Assembly: GCA_963777505.1 (NCBI GenBank)
Contig: CAVZQN010000003.1
Coordinates: forward strand, 64,001 to 128,000
Length of the DNA: 64,000 bases
DNA from: an uncultured bacterium
Lineage (GTDB): Bacteria; Acidobacteriota; HRBIN11; JAKEFK01
Reading direction: 5' to 3'
Both the position numbers and the translations under genes were made by a program. Every line of letters starts with the position of its first letter. Positions within the stretch are counted from its first letter, which is position 1. The notes beneath the pieces were generated by a model, which did no database searches, was not told the DNA's origin, and saw nothing but the letters and a program-made list of their open reading frames with translations. This document shows positions 30,856 through 40,332 of this stretch, one piece after another.

Positions 30856-31944
30856 ATGCAATTGGCAAAAATTCACGATACTGAAATTGAAACATTCTGG
30901 CAAGCCGTTGTTGATCGAGATGCGTCTATGGATGGCCGATTCTTTTTTGCCGTAGAGAGTACAGGCGTGTTTTGCAGACCTTCCTGTCCTGCGAGACGTC
31001 CAAAGAGGCAAAAGGTGAGCTTTTACGAAACAATTTCCGATGCTCTATCGGCAGGGTATCGGGCATGTTTACGTTGCAAACCGGATCAATCGATTGTGAA
31101 TGAGGATCGTAAACGGCTCGCTGAGCGAGCCTGCGAACTTTTGAAAGAGTATGCAAATGAACCTTTGGATCAGTCATTGAGCTTGACAGAATTAGCTGAA
31201 CGTCTCGATGTAAGCCCTTTCCAACTTCATCGCGCGTTCAAAGAAAACTATGGACTTACGCCAAAACAATATGCGTCATCGCAGCGGCTTTCGCGATTTA
31301 AGGAAAGTGTCAGGAATTCAAAAACAGTAACAGATGCTTTATATGAAGCGGGATATGGTTCGAGCAGCCGGTTGTATGAAAAGAGTTCAGCAAGACTTGG
31401 GATGACTCCGGCATCGTATCGCAAAGGCGGAAAAGGAGCGAAGATCCGTTATTCAATCCGTTCCTGCGAACTTGGATTGTTATTGACTGCTGCAACAGAT
31501 CGCGGTTTATGTTCGGTTCGTTTTGGTGAAAATGAACGGAAGCTTAGACAGGAATTGAAAAATGAATTTCCTCATGCGGAACTTGTGAGAGATGAGTCAT
31601 CACTCGCTGATTGGTCAGAGCTGGTGAATGATTTTATTAACGCAAAAAGTTCCAGCAAGAGTTTGCCTTTGGATATTCAGGCCTCAGCATTTGAATGGAA
31701 AGTTTGGAATCATCTGCGAAGCCTTCATACCGGTGAAACCAGAACATATGGAGAAATTGCACGAGCGATCGGACAACCAACAGCGAGTCGTGCTGTTGCT
31801 CGCGCCTGTGCAGCAAATCCAATCGCTGTTGTTATACCCTGCCATCGTGTCGTTCCGGCTTCGGGTGGTCCTGGTGGATACCGGTGGGGAAGTGATCGGA
31901 AAAAGAGGCTCCTTGAATTCGAGAGCCGTTCGAAGAAATCGTAG
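30856..31944 (+). CDS. ada: Bifunctional Ada regulator / O6-methylguanine-DNA methyltransferase
   Basis: FCRPSC...RACLRC Zn site; AraC HTH; PCHRV. Confidence 0.96.
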   Translation: MQLAKIHDTEIETFWQAVVDRDASMDGRFFFAVESTGVFCRPSCPARRPKRQKVSFYETISDALSAGYRACLRCKPDQSIVNEDRKRLAERACELLKEYANEPLDQSLSLTELAERLDVSPFQLHRAFKENYGLTPKQYASSQRLSRFKESVRNSKTVTDALYEAGYGSSSRLYEKSSARLGMTPASYRKGGKGAKIRYSIRSCELGLLLTAATDRGLCSVRFGENERKLRQELKNEFPHAELVRDESSLADWSELVNDFINAKSSSKSLPLDIQASAFEWKVWNHLRSLHTGETRTYGEIARAIGQPTASRAVARACAANPIAVVIPCHRVVPASGGPGGYRWGSDRKKRLLEFESRSKKS

Positions 31945-32077
31945 ACTCTTCGGACTCAATTTTTTCATCCTCAGTTGAGCGGCACAATTGTGGACTCGTG
32001 AGGATTGCGATCACGAACGCTAGAATCCCGATTAAAGAAACCGCAAACACTAAAAAGGAAATAACCTCGCTAAACAT
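31832..32077 (-). CDS. Possible small single-TM protein (3' end overlaps ada)
   Basis: AAAGGAGG SD before ATG 32077; hydrophobic N-terminus; the 113-nt convergent overlap is atypical. Confidence 0.4.
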   Translation of the reverse strand: MFSEVISFLVFAVSLIGILAFVIAILTSPQLCRSTEDEKIESEESTISSNGSRIQGASFSDHFPTGIHQDHPKPERHDGRV

Positions 32078-32089
32078 GGCCAATCCTCC

Positions 32090-32114
32090 TTTCTGATACT
32101 CGAAGTATCAGAAA
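32090..32114. promoter_or_regulatory. Perfect 11-bp inverted repeat, candidate operator
   Basis: TTTCTGATACT-CGA-AGTATCAGAAA, between a minus-strand TTGACA (32124-32119) and the SD. Confidence 0.5.
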
Positions 32115-32171
32115 TTTCTGTCAATAAAGAAATTACTGTAAATCATGGCCAAAGTCAAGTTTGTGCTCGTA

Positions 32172-32262
32172 GTAGGGAGCGGCCGGCTTGTGAGGCCGCA
32201 GCTTGAGCATCGGTGCATCCGAAGGTTTGAATGGGCCGCACACAAGGGCGACCGGCCCCTAC
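32172..32262. repeat. GTAG-type REP inverted pair (family C)
   Basis: GTAGGGAGCGGCCGGCTTGTG ... CACAAGGGCGACCGGCCCCTAC. Confidence 0.75.
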
Positions 32263-32265
32263 AAA

Positions 32266-33711
32266 TTATTTCGTGGCGAAGGGTGGCCGGGTAATTTTTG
32301 AAGCGCAGGAAAAATCTAGTGATTCGACAGAACCTTTCGAAATGAAATCTGCAATCACCACATCAACACAGCCAGCCATTCTGTTAAATGAATGACCACC
32401 TTGTTCAACGACAAAGTGTTTGCTGTTCGGCAATTTCTTCGCAGCTTCCTCTCCCCAGCGCGGAGGCGTTACAGGATCCAAACCTCCTGAAATCAAAAGA
32501 ACGGCTGCTTTCGATTCAAACTTTTTGTTTTGAACAGGAGGTTTCCCTTTTGGCCAAACAGTGCATGCGTTGGCGATCTGCCTTACCCAATAGTCACCAT
32601 GGAATGTGTTTGCAGTTTCCTTGCGGATCATATCTTCTGAAACCAAAGGAATATCCTCTGTGCAATACACAGTAAGAAACATGCCGAAAGAAAGTTCGGT
32701 CTGAAATTGTTTGCGCATCATGAGTGTCATCTGTGCAAGCGGAGTGAAATTTCCAGTTGCAGCTTGATGAATCATCAAAGGAAGTTTTGAAGCGGAATCC
32801 GGGGCATGCAGCAACGCACGCAGAGTTAGACCAATTTGCTCCCATTTGAGTTTGACAGTCGATGCTTCTTTTGTTTGCGGATCGACTAGCTGCACTTCTG
32901 CAGGTTCCTTTCGAAGACGCTCCGCTAGAGCTTGATATTCAGCTTTTAGATTTGGGAAAGCTTGATTGCAGCTTTCCTCTTTAGCGCAATCTTCAAAAAC
33001 GCGATCTAACGCGCGCTGAGCATCTGCGGCTGTTGTTACGCTGACTCTCATTGAATTCAGTGGTGCAACTGCTTTGAGTACCGCGCTTCGAACTCGATCC
33101 GGGAATTCCTGCAGATAAACAAGCGCCGCGGCTGTTCCATATGAGGTTCCGTAAAAATTGAGCTTCTCATATCCCAGTACTTCACGAATTTCATCGAGAT
33201 CGCGCATTCCATTTAAAGTTGTGTACTGAGACAAATCGGCAACTTGCTGCAAATTATTTTTGCATTCCTTTACTTTTTCCAGTGGAAGAAAGTCCACAAA
33301 ATGTTCCGCTGTTGATGCAGAAGGATCGATCAACTCGCATTTCAAGCCATTTGATTTTCCTGTTCCGCGTTGATCGAACAGAACGATGTCACGATTTTTT
33401 CTAACTTCAGCGAAAGTTTTTGAATAAAAATCCGCAAGTTTAGTTCCAGCCTGGCCCGGACCGCCCTGAATTACCCAAAGGGGATCAGGAGCAGGGTTGG
33501 CGTTGAATGCCGGTAGTACAACAACATAAATACCAATTTTTCTTCCATCACGAACTTCTCGATTTTCGGGTACCTGAATGTATCCACATTTTGCTTCGCC
33601 TTCAACTTCGGGGATAGTACAGGGCTCCAATTTTGAAGTTGCGGCTTCGGCTGATTGAAGTGCCAGGATCAAAAAGAGACAAAAAATCCATCGTATATGC
33701 ATTGTCATCAC
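32266..33711 (-). CDS. Secreted alpha/beta hydrolase (TAP-like, S33 peptidase)
   Basis: GGPG; DQRGTG; GTSYG; DPVTP; GHS. Confidence 0.9.
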   Translation of the reverse strand: MMTMHIRWIFCLFLILALQSAEAATSKLEPCTIPEVEGEAKCGYIQVPENREVRDGRKIGIYVVVLPAFNANPAPDPLWVIQGGPGQAGTKLADFYSKTFAEVRKNRDIVLFDQRGTGKSNGLKCELIDPSASTAEHFVDFLPLEKVKECKNNLQQVADLSQYTTLNGMRDLDEIREVLGYEKLNFYGTSYGTAAALVYLQEFPDRVRSAVLKAVAPLNSMRVSVTTAADAQRALDRVFEDCAKEESCNQAFPNLKAEYQALAERLRKEPAEVQLVDPQTKEASTVKLKWEQIGLTLRALLHAPDSASKLPLMIHQAATGNFTPLAQMTLMMRKQFQTELSFGMFLTVYCTEDIPLVSEDMIRKETANTFHGDYWVRQIANACTVWPKGKPPVQNKKFESKAAVLLISGGLDPVTPPRWGEEAAKKLPNSKHFVVEQGGHSFNRMAGCVDVVIADFISKGSVESLDFSCASKITRPPFATK

Positions 33712-33723
33712 TCCAAAATGAGT

Positions 33724-34455
33724 TTAGTAGTCGGTTTTTTTGAAACGGAAAACTGCGGCAGTAAAACTGAATACTGTCAAAAGTACGATTGTTACGATTG
33801 GGCGCCAGGGAATTCCCGTTGCGGCGATTTGAGTCACCAAAGTTTCAGGCATCCATGGATCGATTTTCACAAAGTAATCCAATCGGTTTGAAAAAATTAG
33901 AAAGGCGAAGGTATATAGAAATGCTCTGATACTGTCGCCTGTGATTGAACTAAAGAAAAACGTAACAGCTATATAAGGTGCAGCCGTCAGTGTGAGCAGG
34001 ATGGTATTTACCAGTGCATATCCAATATGTATTGGCTGGTGATAAATCAAACCTCCTGCGATCAAAATTGGAAGAGCGATCAAATTGAGAACAAATAAAA
34101 GACCTAAGACAACAATAAATTGAACCTGAAGCCACTTTTCGCGGCTCACAGGCAAACTCAAGCTCAATAAAATTGTGCGCTGTCTTGCTTCTGTTAGGAT
34201 TCCTCCGAGCGCAAGAATAATTCCAAACAATACATTCCTTTCAATTTCATGAAACCAGCGCCAATCTGTATATTTTGCAAAGTCCTCTACGATGTTCTTC
34301 ACATCTGATAACTGTGAAGTGTCAAGATCCACCCAGTTGAATAAGCCTTTCATGAGCGGGAAAAGTGAAACATGCATGATGGCAATCGCCAGAATAAAGA
34401 ACAGAGTTCCATAGAAGCGTTTATGAAGGTCATGCCAAACTTTCCATGCAATCAT
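33724..34455 (-). CDS. ABC-2 type permease
   Basis: About 6 TM segments; E...RT...LSLPVSR; C-terminal FKKTDY. Confidence 0.82.
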   Translation of the reverse strand: MIAWKVWHDLHKRFYGTLFFILAIAIMHVSLFPLMKGLFNWVDLDTSQLSDVKNIVEDFAKYTDWRWFHEIERNVLFGIILALGGILTEARQRTILLSLSLPVSREKWLQVQFIVVLGLLFVLNLIALPILIAGGLIYHQPIHIGYALVNTILLTLTAAPYIAVTFFFSSITGDSIRAFLYTFAFLIFSNRLDYFVKIDPWMPETLVTQIAATGIPWRPIVTIVLLTVFSFTAAVFRFKKTDY

Positions 34456-35354
34456 CGGACGGCTCCTCCTTTATAATCTGTAGCTGCCAAATAAATTTCG
34501 CGAAGATTCATGTCTTGAATTTCAAGATTTGAAACGTGATATCGCTCGCGGAGTTGTTGCGCAATCGACTCAGCATTTTTTCGAATAATAATTTGAACTC
34601 GCATTCCTTCTTTCATGACCTTCTGTATGTTTTCCATGTTGCGGATTTCTTCAGCAGGCAAATCGCCAATTGCATGAAGCATCTTCCACTGACTTCGCAA
34701 ATCATCAAGATCATCTGAAAGGAGAGCTTTCCCGTTGTCGATGATCGTGACACGGTCACAGATCCTTTCAACTTCATCGAGGCGATGAGTTGCAATCAAT
34801 GCTGTGTTGTTGCCTTCCGCTGCCCAGGCGGCGATCAAGGAAAGCACCTCTTCGATTGCTGCAGGATCGAGTCCATCAGTTGGTTCATCAAAAATGAGCA
34901 GTTCTGGTTTTCTCGCGAGTGTTGCTGCAAGAAGCAGCTTTGCGCGATTTCCTTTTGACAAGGCTCCTGTTTTTTTGTCGTTTGGAATATTCCAATTGTT
35001 GATAAGCCGTTCCGCATCAGCTGCTGACCATGATGGATAAAAAGAGCCATAGAATTGCAAAAACTGTTCTGCGTTCATGTTTTCGTACAGGATCTTGTCT
35101 TCGGGTATAAAGGCGGCAAGGTTTCGAATTTCAACCGATTGAGTTATCGCATTCAGCTTTCGGACATGTGCAGATCCTGATGTAGGTGCTGTCATCCCAA
35201 GCAAAATTTTCAAAGTAGTCGTCTTGCCTGCGCCATTAGGACCTAGCATTCCGCAGATTGATCCGGCAGGAACGCTCCAATTAAGACGATCTATTGCCCG
35301 CGTATCACCATACAGTTTTGTAAGCTGGTTTGTTTCAATCATCTGTTCAGTCAT
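34452..35354 (-). CDS. ABC transporter ATP-binding protein (YtrB-like)
   Basis: GPNGAGKT; LSKG; DEPTDGLDP. Confidence 0.93.
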   Translation of the reverse strand: MTEQMIETNQLTKLYGDTRAIDRLNWSVPAGSICGMLGPNGAGKTTTLKILLGMTAPTSGSAHVRKLNAITQSVEIRNLAAFIPEDKILYENMNAEQFLQFYGSFYPSWSAADAERLINNWNIPNDKKTGALSKGNRAKLLLAATLARKPELLIFDEPTDGLDPAAIEEVLSLIAAWAAEGNNTALIATHRLDEVERICDRVTIIDNGKALLSDDLDDLRSQWKMLHAIGDLPAEEIRNMENIQKVMKEGMRVQIIIRKNAESIAQQLRERYHVSNLEIQDMNLREIYLAATDYKGGAVR

Positions 35355-35369
35355 AACAACTCCGTTGCT

Positions 35370-35753
35370 TCAGGAACTCGGAAATTTTTTTATTGCTTCG
35401 CGTAAAAGTTCCATCAGCTCTTCATCCGTAAAATTCAAAACTCGCGCTTCTGCAACTAATTGCTGCAAGAATGGCTGCAATCGTTTCTTGCGTTCTTCGC
35501 GGAACAGTTTGGGCGGCGCGATTTTCACAAATGAACCGCGGCCGGCAGTCGTTTCAACGAGGCCTTCCCGTTCCAATTCGCGATAGGCACGTGAGACTGT
35601 GTTCGGATTAATCACCAACTTAGCAGCAAGTTCACGAACCGTAGGAAGCTGATCGCCTTGTTTGACGGCTCCTGTGACAATCGCGTGTTTGATCTGCCTG
35701 ATTAATTGCTCATAAATTGGCTCACCTGACTGTGGCGTTACCCGAAACAACAA
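35370..35753 (-). CDS. GntR family regulator, YtrA subfamily
   Basis: PIYEQL...LPTVRELA...NPNTVSRAYRELE...GRGSFV; short C-terminus. Confidence 0.93.
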   Translation of the reverse strand: MLFRVTPQSGEPIYEQLIRQIKHAIVTGAVKQGDQLPTVRELAAKLVINPNTVSRAYRELEREGLVETTAGRGSFVKIAPPKLFREERKKRLQPFLQQLVAEARVLNFTDEELMELLREAIKKFPSS

Positions 35754-35768
35754 TCACCTCACTTGTAC

Positions 35769-35871
35769 GGAGCGCGGACATCTTGTCCGCATTAAGGACC
35801 GCTGGCATCCTGCCAGCAAAATGCGGACTGGAAGTCCGCGGCCCGAAATGCAGGCTGGAAGCCTGCGCTCC
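35769..35871. repeat. Family B REP-like array of four palindromes with 27-nt period
   Basis: GGAGC-GCGGACA/TGTCCGC, GGACC-GCTGGCA/TGCCAGC, then inverted GCGGACT/AGTCCGC-GGCCC and GCAGGCT/AGCCTGC-GCTCC. Confidence 0.88.
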
Positions 35872-35874
35872 AAC

Positions 35875-35913
35875 TTGTATTAATGTCTTAATACAATACG
35901 CGAGCCGTGTCAA
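35875..35913 (-). promoter_or_regulatory. YtrA-type operator overlapping the promoter
   Basis: TTGTATTAA-TGTC-TTAATACAA (35875-35896); minus-strand TTGACA at 35913-35908. Confidence 0.75.
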
Positions 35914-35936
35914 GTTTGTTCTGAGGGCGTTGTACG

Positions 35937-35990
35937 GCCGAGAGCGCAGAGATAAATGTGTAAAGAACTCGGCGGCCTCTGCGGTAAAAA
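35937..35990. repeat. Family A inverted pair (degenerate)
   Basis: GCCGAGAGCGCAGAG ... CTCGGCGGCCTCTGCGGTAAAA. Confidence 0.6.
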
Positions 35991-36040
35991 GGGCCTACCA
36001 ACAACTCTGACTTTATGGTTTTATTGAGACGGAGGATCGG

Positions 36041-37375
36041 ATGCGAAAAATTCTTCTCTCTCTTTTGCTTTTGTTTCTTACTTGTATAGCGGCCGAAGCA
36101 GCTTCAAAAAAAGCGCTTGTGGGTGGAACTCTCATTGATGGATTTGGCGGAAAACCGATCCGCAACAGCGTGATTCTAATTGAAGGTGACCGGGTTGTAT
36201 CTATTGGCCAGGTTGGAACGCTGGCTGTGCCTTCTGATGCCGAAGTCATTTCAACCGAAGGGATGAGTGTTTTGCCAGGTCTGTGGGATATGCATGTTCA
36301 TTTGATGATTAATGGACATTCGGATTATGAACACTGGGATAAAACCTACATCAATCGTTTTGGAAAAGAAATCATGCCGGCCTCAGCGAAGCAGTTGTTG
36401 CTTGCAGGAGTGACAAGCGCAAGAGATCTTGGAGCACCACTTGAAGATAGTATCTCCGTTCGCGATGCAATTAATTCCGGAAAAATTCCGGGCCCAACGA
36501 TGTACATGTCGGGTCCTTTTATTCAACATGAACCCTATCCAGGAACGGAGCTTTTTCGATGGGGTGTCAAAGGCGCGGAAGATGCGCGAGCGAAAATTCA
36601 GAAGCTTGCAAAAGCTGGAGTCGATGTCATCAAATTAATCGATCAAGATCAAATGACAATGGAGGAAGTTCAAGCGGTTGTCGATGAAGCGCACAAAAAC
36701 AAATTGCCTGTTGTTGCACACTCTCACCGGCCGGAAGAAATTCGCCGCGGTTTAAAAGCCGGCGTAGATTGTTTCGAACATACCGGACTTGCAACTGCGC
36801 CTGAGTATCCTGAAGATGTTCTTCAAATGCTTCGTGAACGAACAGCGCAAATGAGTTTAGGTCCACTGTACTGGACTCCCACAATCGAAGGTTTGTTTAA
36901 TTACGAATACCTCCGGGATAATCCCGAACAACTGGATGATCCTGCATGGCATGAAGGAATGCCCCAGGACATTGTTGAAGATATCCAGAAGTCCATTCAA
37001 CATCCTGGAAGACTTCCATATTTTCAAATCACTCCAAGCAGGCGTCCAACACTTGAACGAAAGTTCAATCAACTTCGCGAATCGGGTGTGGTTCTTTTAG
37101 TTGGAACTGACAGCGGAATCCCAATGAAATTTCACAGCTCTTCAACATGGCGTGAGCTGGATATCTGGGTCAATCGTCTTGGTGTTGATCCGATTATGGC
37201 AATCAAAGCTGCAACATACTGGCCTGCTACGGCAATGAAAGTTGATAAGGATTATGGAACCATCAGCGAAGGGAAGTTTGCTGATATTATTGCGGTTCGT
37301 GGTGATGTGCTACGATACATCACCTTATTGCAAAATGTTGATTTTGTTATGAAACATGGCGTTCGGTATAAGTAA
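36041..37375 (+). CDS. Secreted amidohydrolase-family protein
   Basis: PGLWDMHVH; GVTSARDLG; GTDSG; GKFADII. Confidence 0.92.
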   Translation: MRKILLSLLLLFLTCIAAEAASKKALVGGTLIDGFGGKPIRNSVILIEGDRVVSIGQVGTLAVPSDAEVISTEGMSVLPGLWDMHVHLMINGHSDYEHWDKTYINRFGKEIMPASAKQLLLAGVTSARDLGAPLEDSISVRDAINSGKIPGPTMYMSGPFIQHEPYPGTELFRWGVKGAEDARAKIQKLAKAGVDVIKLIDQDQMTMEEVQAVVDEAHKNKLPVVAHSHRPEEIRRGLKAGVDCFEHTGLATAPEYPEDVLQMLRERTAQMSLGPLYWTPTIEGLFNYEYLRDNPEQLDDPAWHEGMPQDIVEDIQKSIQHPGRLPYFQITPSRRPTLERKFNQLRESGVVLLVGTDSGIPMKFHSSSTWRELDIWVNRLGVDPIMAIKAATYWPATAMKVDKDYGTISEGKFADIIAVRGDVLRYITLLQNVDFVMKHGVRYK

Positions 37376-37380
37376 TCAAC

Positions 37381-37407
37381 TCAACCGCCAAGGCGTCAAG
37401 ACGCCAC
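37381..37407 (+). repeat. Family A dispersed repeat, single arm
   Basis: TCAACCGCCAAGGCGTCAAGACGCCAC. Confidence 0.7.
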
Positions 37408-37528
37408 GGAAAAAAAAGAAGTAGCATTTTCATCAATTGGCGCGAATTAAAGTCCCGCTCAACTCTGTAAGGTTTCAATTTGATATTGAAGCTATAGAAT
37501 TGATAAATTCCAAGATCGGAGTAGAGCT

Positions 37529-38365
37529 GTGAAATCCATATTTTTCATCCTTTTGATGTGTGTTGCGCCATTGATTTTTGCGGAAGATATTGCATCTCTT
37601 GTGCAGGCAGAAAAAGATTTTTCCAACCTGAGTATAAAGAAAGGTGTGAATGAATCTTTTGTAACTTTCTTTGCAGATGATGCTGTCGTCCTTCGTCCAG
37701 GGCCTGTGAATGGAAAGAAATGGTATCAAGATCGCAAACCGTCTTCCGGACAACTTTCCTGGGAACCAACGTTGTCAGAGCTTTCAGCGGCGGGTGATTT
37801 GGGTTACAACACTGGTCCATGGGAATTTAGAGCAAAACCAGAAGATCAGGATCCGGCAGGGCATGGTCAATTCTTTTCTTTCTGGAAAAAACAGCCGGAT
37901 GGAAAATGGAAAGTCGTCATCGATCATGGTCATGACAATCCGAAACCAAATCAGAAGCCGACACCAGTGACGATTCCTTCGCAGAAAATTAAAGCTTCAG
38001 TAAACACGATAGAAGAACTAAAAGTGCTGCTAACAAGCGATCGTGAATTTTCAAAAATCAGCAATGTCAAAGGCACATCAGAAGCGTATAAACAATTTCT
38101 CGCTAAAAAGATACGAGTGATGAGAACAAATCATTTTCCGGAATCAGATCGTGAAAAAGCTCTCGCAATCGTTTTCCAGGAGAAGGGATCAATTAAATGG
38201 GAACCTGCGGGTGGAGATGTTGCCGCTTCAGGTGATCTTGGATACACGTACGGCATGAGCGAACGGACGGTCGATGGGAAAGTAGAGAAAGGAAATTATG
38301 TTCGCGCATGGAGAAAGGAAGACGGTCAATGGAAAGTGGCCGTTGAAGTAATGACACCTTACTAA
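37529..38365 (+). CDS. Secreted tandem NTF2/DUF4440-like protein
   Basis: Two copies of WEP...GDLGY.G...WK/RK..DG.WKV. Confidence 0.88.
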   Translation: MKSIFFILLMCVAPLIFAEDIASLVQAEKDFSNLSIKKGVNESFVTFFADDAVVLRPGPVNGKKWYQDRKPSSGQLSWEPTLSELSAAGDLGYNTGPWEFRAKPEDQDPAGHGQFFSFWKKQPDGKWKVVIDHGHDNPKPNQKPTPVTIPSQKIKASVNTIEELKVLLTSDREFSKISNVKGTSEAYKQFLAKKIRVMRTNHFPESDREKALAIVFQEKGSIKWEPAGGDVAASGDLGYTYGMSERTVDGKVEKGNYVRAWRKEDGQWKVAVEVMTPY

Positions 38366-38366
38366 C

Positions 38367-38392
38367 CGGGCGGATCTTAGACGCGCCCCTAC
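38367..38392 (-). repeat. GTAG-type REP, single copy (family C)
   Basis: Reverse complement GTAGGGGCGCGTCTAAGATCCGCCCG. Confidence 0.65.
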
Positions 38393-38412
38393 TTCTGCGT
38401 ATTTTGCCGTGA

Positions 38413-40284
38413 ATGAGCTATCTTTATTGGATGGCACATCCGGACGAATCTACATGGAAAGAGCGCCGCGAAGCGCTTCGCTATATTCCGCCATTCGTAA
38501 GAATGGTTTGGCAAACCAATCGACTTTCAACTGCTTCCATGGTCGTGCTCCGTCTGATACGCGCGTGGATCCCTGTAGGCGCACTCTGGGTTGGCAAGTT
38601 AATTATCGATACAGTTGTCGCCTCTCTTTCCGGTAAGCAAGATTTAACGCGCCTTTGGAAATTGGTTGTGCTGGAATTTGCAATTGTATTTGTAGGTGAA
38701 ATTTTAGCGCGTGTTTCCAACGTGATCGAGAGCTTACTTGCGGATCGCTTTTCAAATATTACCAGTCTGAAATTAATGGAACATGCCGCGAAGCTTGATT
38801 TGTATCACTTTGAAGATCCGGCATTTTATGATCGTTTGGAACGCGCACGCAGGCAAACAACAGGACGTCTCGGTCTACTCGCTCAACTCCTTACGATCGG
38901 GCAGGACTTGCTCACACTTTTTGGCCTGGCTGTAGCTTTGTTGTTTTACAATCCATGGTTATTGCTGCTTCTTGTAGTTGCAGTGGTGCCATCCTTCCTG
39001 GGTGAAACTCATTTTGCCTCGTTGCAGTATTCGCTGTTTTATCGATGGACCCCTCAGCGCAGACAGCTAGACTACATCCGATATATTGGAGCGAGTGACG
39101 AAACTGCAAAGGAATTGCAGCTGTTCGGGCTGGCACGATGGCTCATGCGCCGCTTTGAAACTCTAGCTAACAAGTTTTATCAGGAAAACAAACGCCTGTC
39201 GATCCGAAAAAGTGTCATCTCAACTTTGCTTTCAGTGATCGGGACACTCGGTTATTACGGTGCGTATATTTCAATTTTGTTGCGCGCTGTTAGCGGAGCA
39301 ATATCGCTGGGAACTCTTACATTTCTCGCAGGCTCGTTTATGCGCGCTCGTGATTTGATTCAGCGTTTACTCATGGGAGCGAGTGATATTTTTTATCAAG
39401 CACTTTATCTGAAAGACTTGTTTGAATTTTTTGAAGTGAAACCCTCCATCATTTCTAAAGTGGGTGCTCCTACGGTTCCAAATCCAATCCGCGAAGGCTT
39501 CGTCTTTCAAAATATAGGATTCCGCTATCCCGGCAGCGAGGAATGGGCGGTTCGTGGCCTTAATTTTCACTTGAAGCCAGGTGAGCGCATCGCACTTGTC
39601 GGTGAAAATGGCGCTGGAAAGACAACCATTACAAAACTGATGACAAGACTTTATGATCCGACTGAAGGAAGCATTTTGTTGGATGGAGTTGATTTGCGTG
39701 ATTACGATCTGCAATCTGTTCGTAATGCGATTGGGGTCTTGTTCCAGGATTACGTTCGATATGATCTACGTTTTGATGAAAACATCGGCCTGGGTGAAAT
39801 TGCTGAAGTAGAAAAATATTTAGATCATTCGCGGAACGGTAATCGCGATGAGCAGATTCCCGAAACGATCAAAATTGCAGCAGAGAAGTCTCTAGCATCC
39901 TCATTAATTCCAAAATTCAAAGATGGTTATGCGCAGATGCTGGGACGCCGATTTGATGGTGGTGTGGATTTATCAGGAGGCGAATGGCAAAAAGTTGCAC
40001 TAGGCCGCGCATATATGACAAATGCGCAGGTAATAATTTTGGATGAACCAACTGCCTCATTGGACGCACGTGCAGAATACGAAGTGTTTCGAAGATTTTC
40101 TGAACTTTTCCACGGAAGAATGGCTGTGATTATTTCACACCGGTTTTCAACCGTACGTGTTGCTGATCGAATTCTCGTTCTAACGATGGGTCATGTTGTG
40201 GAATCAGGAACTCATGACGAACTACTTGCCAAAAAAGGCCTTTATGCCGATCTGTTTGAACTCCAGGCTGAAGGCTATAGGTAG
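38413..40284 (+). CDS. ABC exporter, fused permease and ATPase
   Basis: GENGAGKT; LSGGEWQK; LDEPT; ISHRFST. Confidence 0.94.
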   Translation: MSYLYWMAHPDESTWKERREALRYIPPFVRMVWQTNRLSTASMVVLRLIRAWIPVGALWVGKLIIDTVVASLSGKQDLTRLWKLVVLEFAIVFVGEILARVSNVIESLLADRFSNITSLKLMEHAAKLDLYHFEDPAFYDRLERARRQTTGRLGLLAQLLTIGQDLLTLFGLAVALLFYNPWLLLLLVVAVVPSFLGETHFASLQYSLFYRWTPQRRQLDYIRYIGASDETAKELQLFGLARWLMRRFETLANKFYQENKRLSIRKSVISTLLSVIGTLGYYGAYISILLRAVSGAISLGTLTFLAGSFMRARDLIQRLLMGASDIFYQALYLKDLFEFFEVKPSIISKVGAPTVPNPIREGFVFQNIGFRYPGSEEWAVRGLNFHLKPGERIALVGENGAGKTTITKLMTRLYDPTEGSILLDGVDLRDYDLQSVRNAIGVLFQDYVRYDLRFDENIGLGEIAEVEKYLDHSRNGNRDEQIPETIKIAAEKSLASSLIPKFKDGYAQMLGRRFDGGVDLSGGEWQKVALGRAYMTNAQVIILDEPTASLDARAEYEVFRRFSELFHGRMAVIISHRFSTVRVADRILVLTMGHVVESGTHDELLAKKGLYADLFELQAEGYR

Positions 40285-40287
40285 GAT

Positions 40288-40310
40288 TCTCAGCGACTCT
40301 GCGGTTAAAA
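40288..40310 (-). repeat. Family A dispersed repeat, single arm
   Basis: Reverse complement TTTTAACCGCAGAGTCGCTGAG. Confidence 0.6.
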
Positions 40311-40332
40311 TAATCCATCCAAGGAGAAAGGA

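Noticed and set aside
35769-35871. Mini CRISPR array
   Set aside because: Spacers are only 5 nt, orientation flips mid-array, and there are no cas genes.
35717-36010. ORFs spanning the palindrome array
   Set aside because: They are read through repeat DNA and the operator; no protein-like features.
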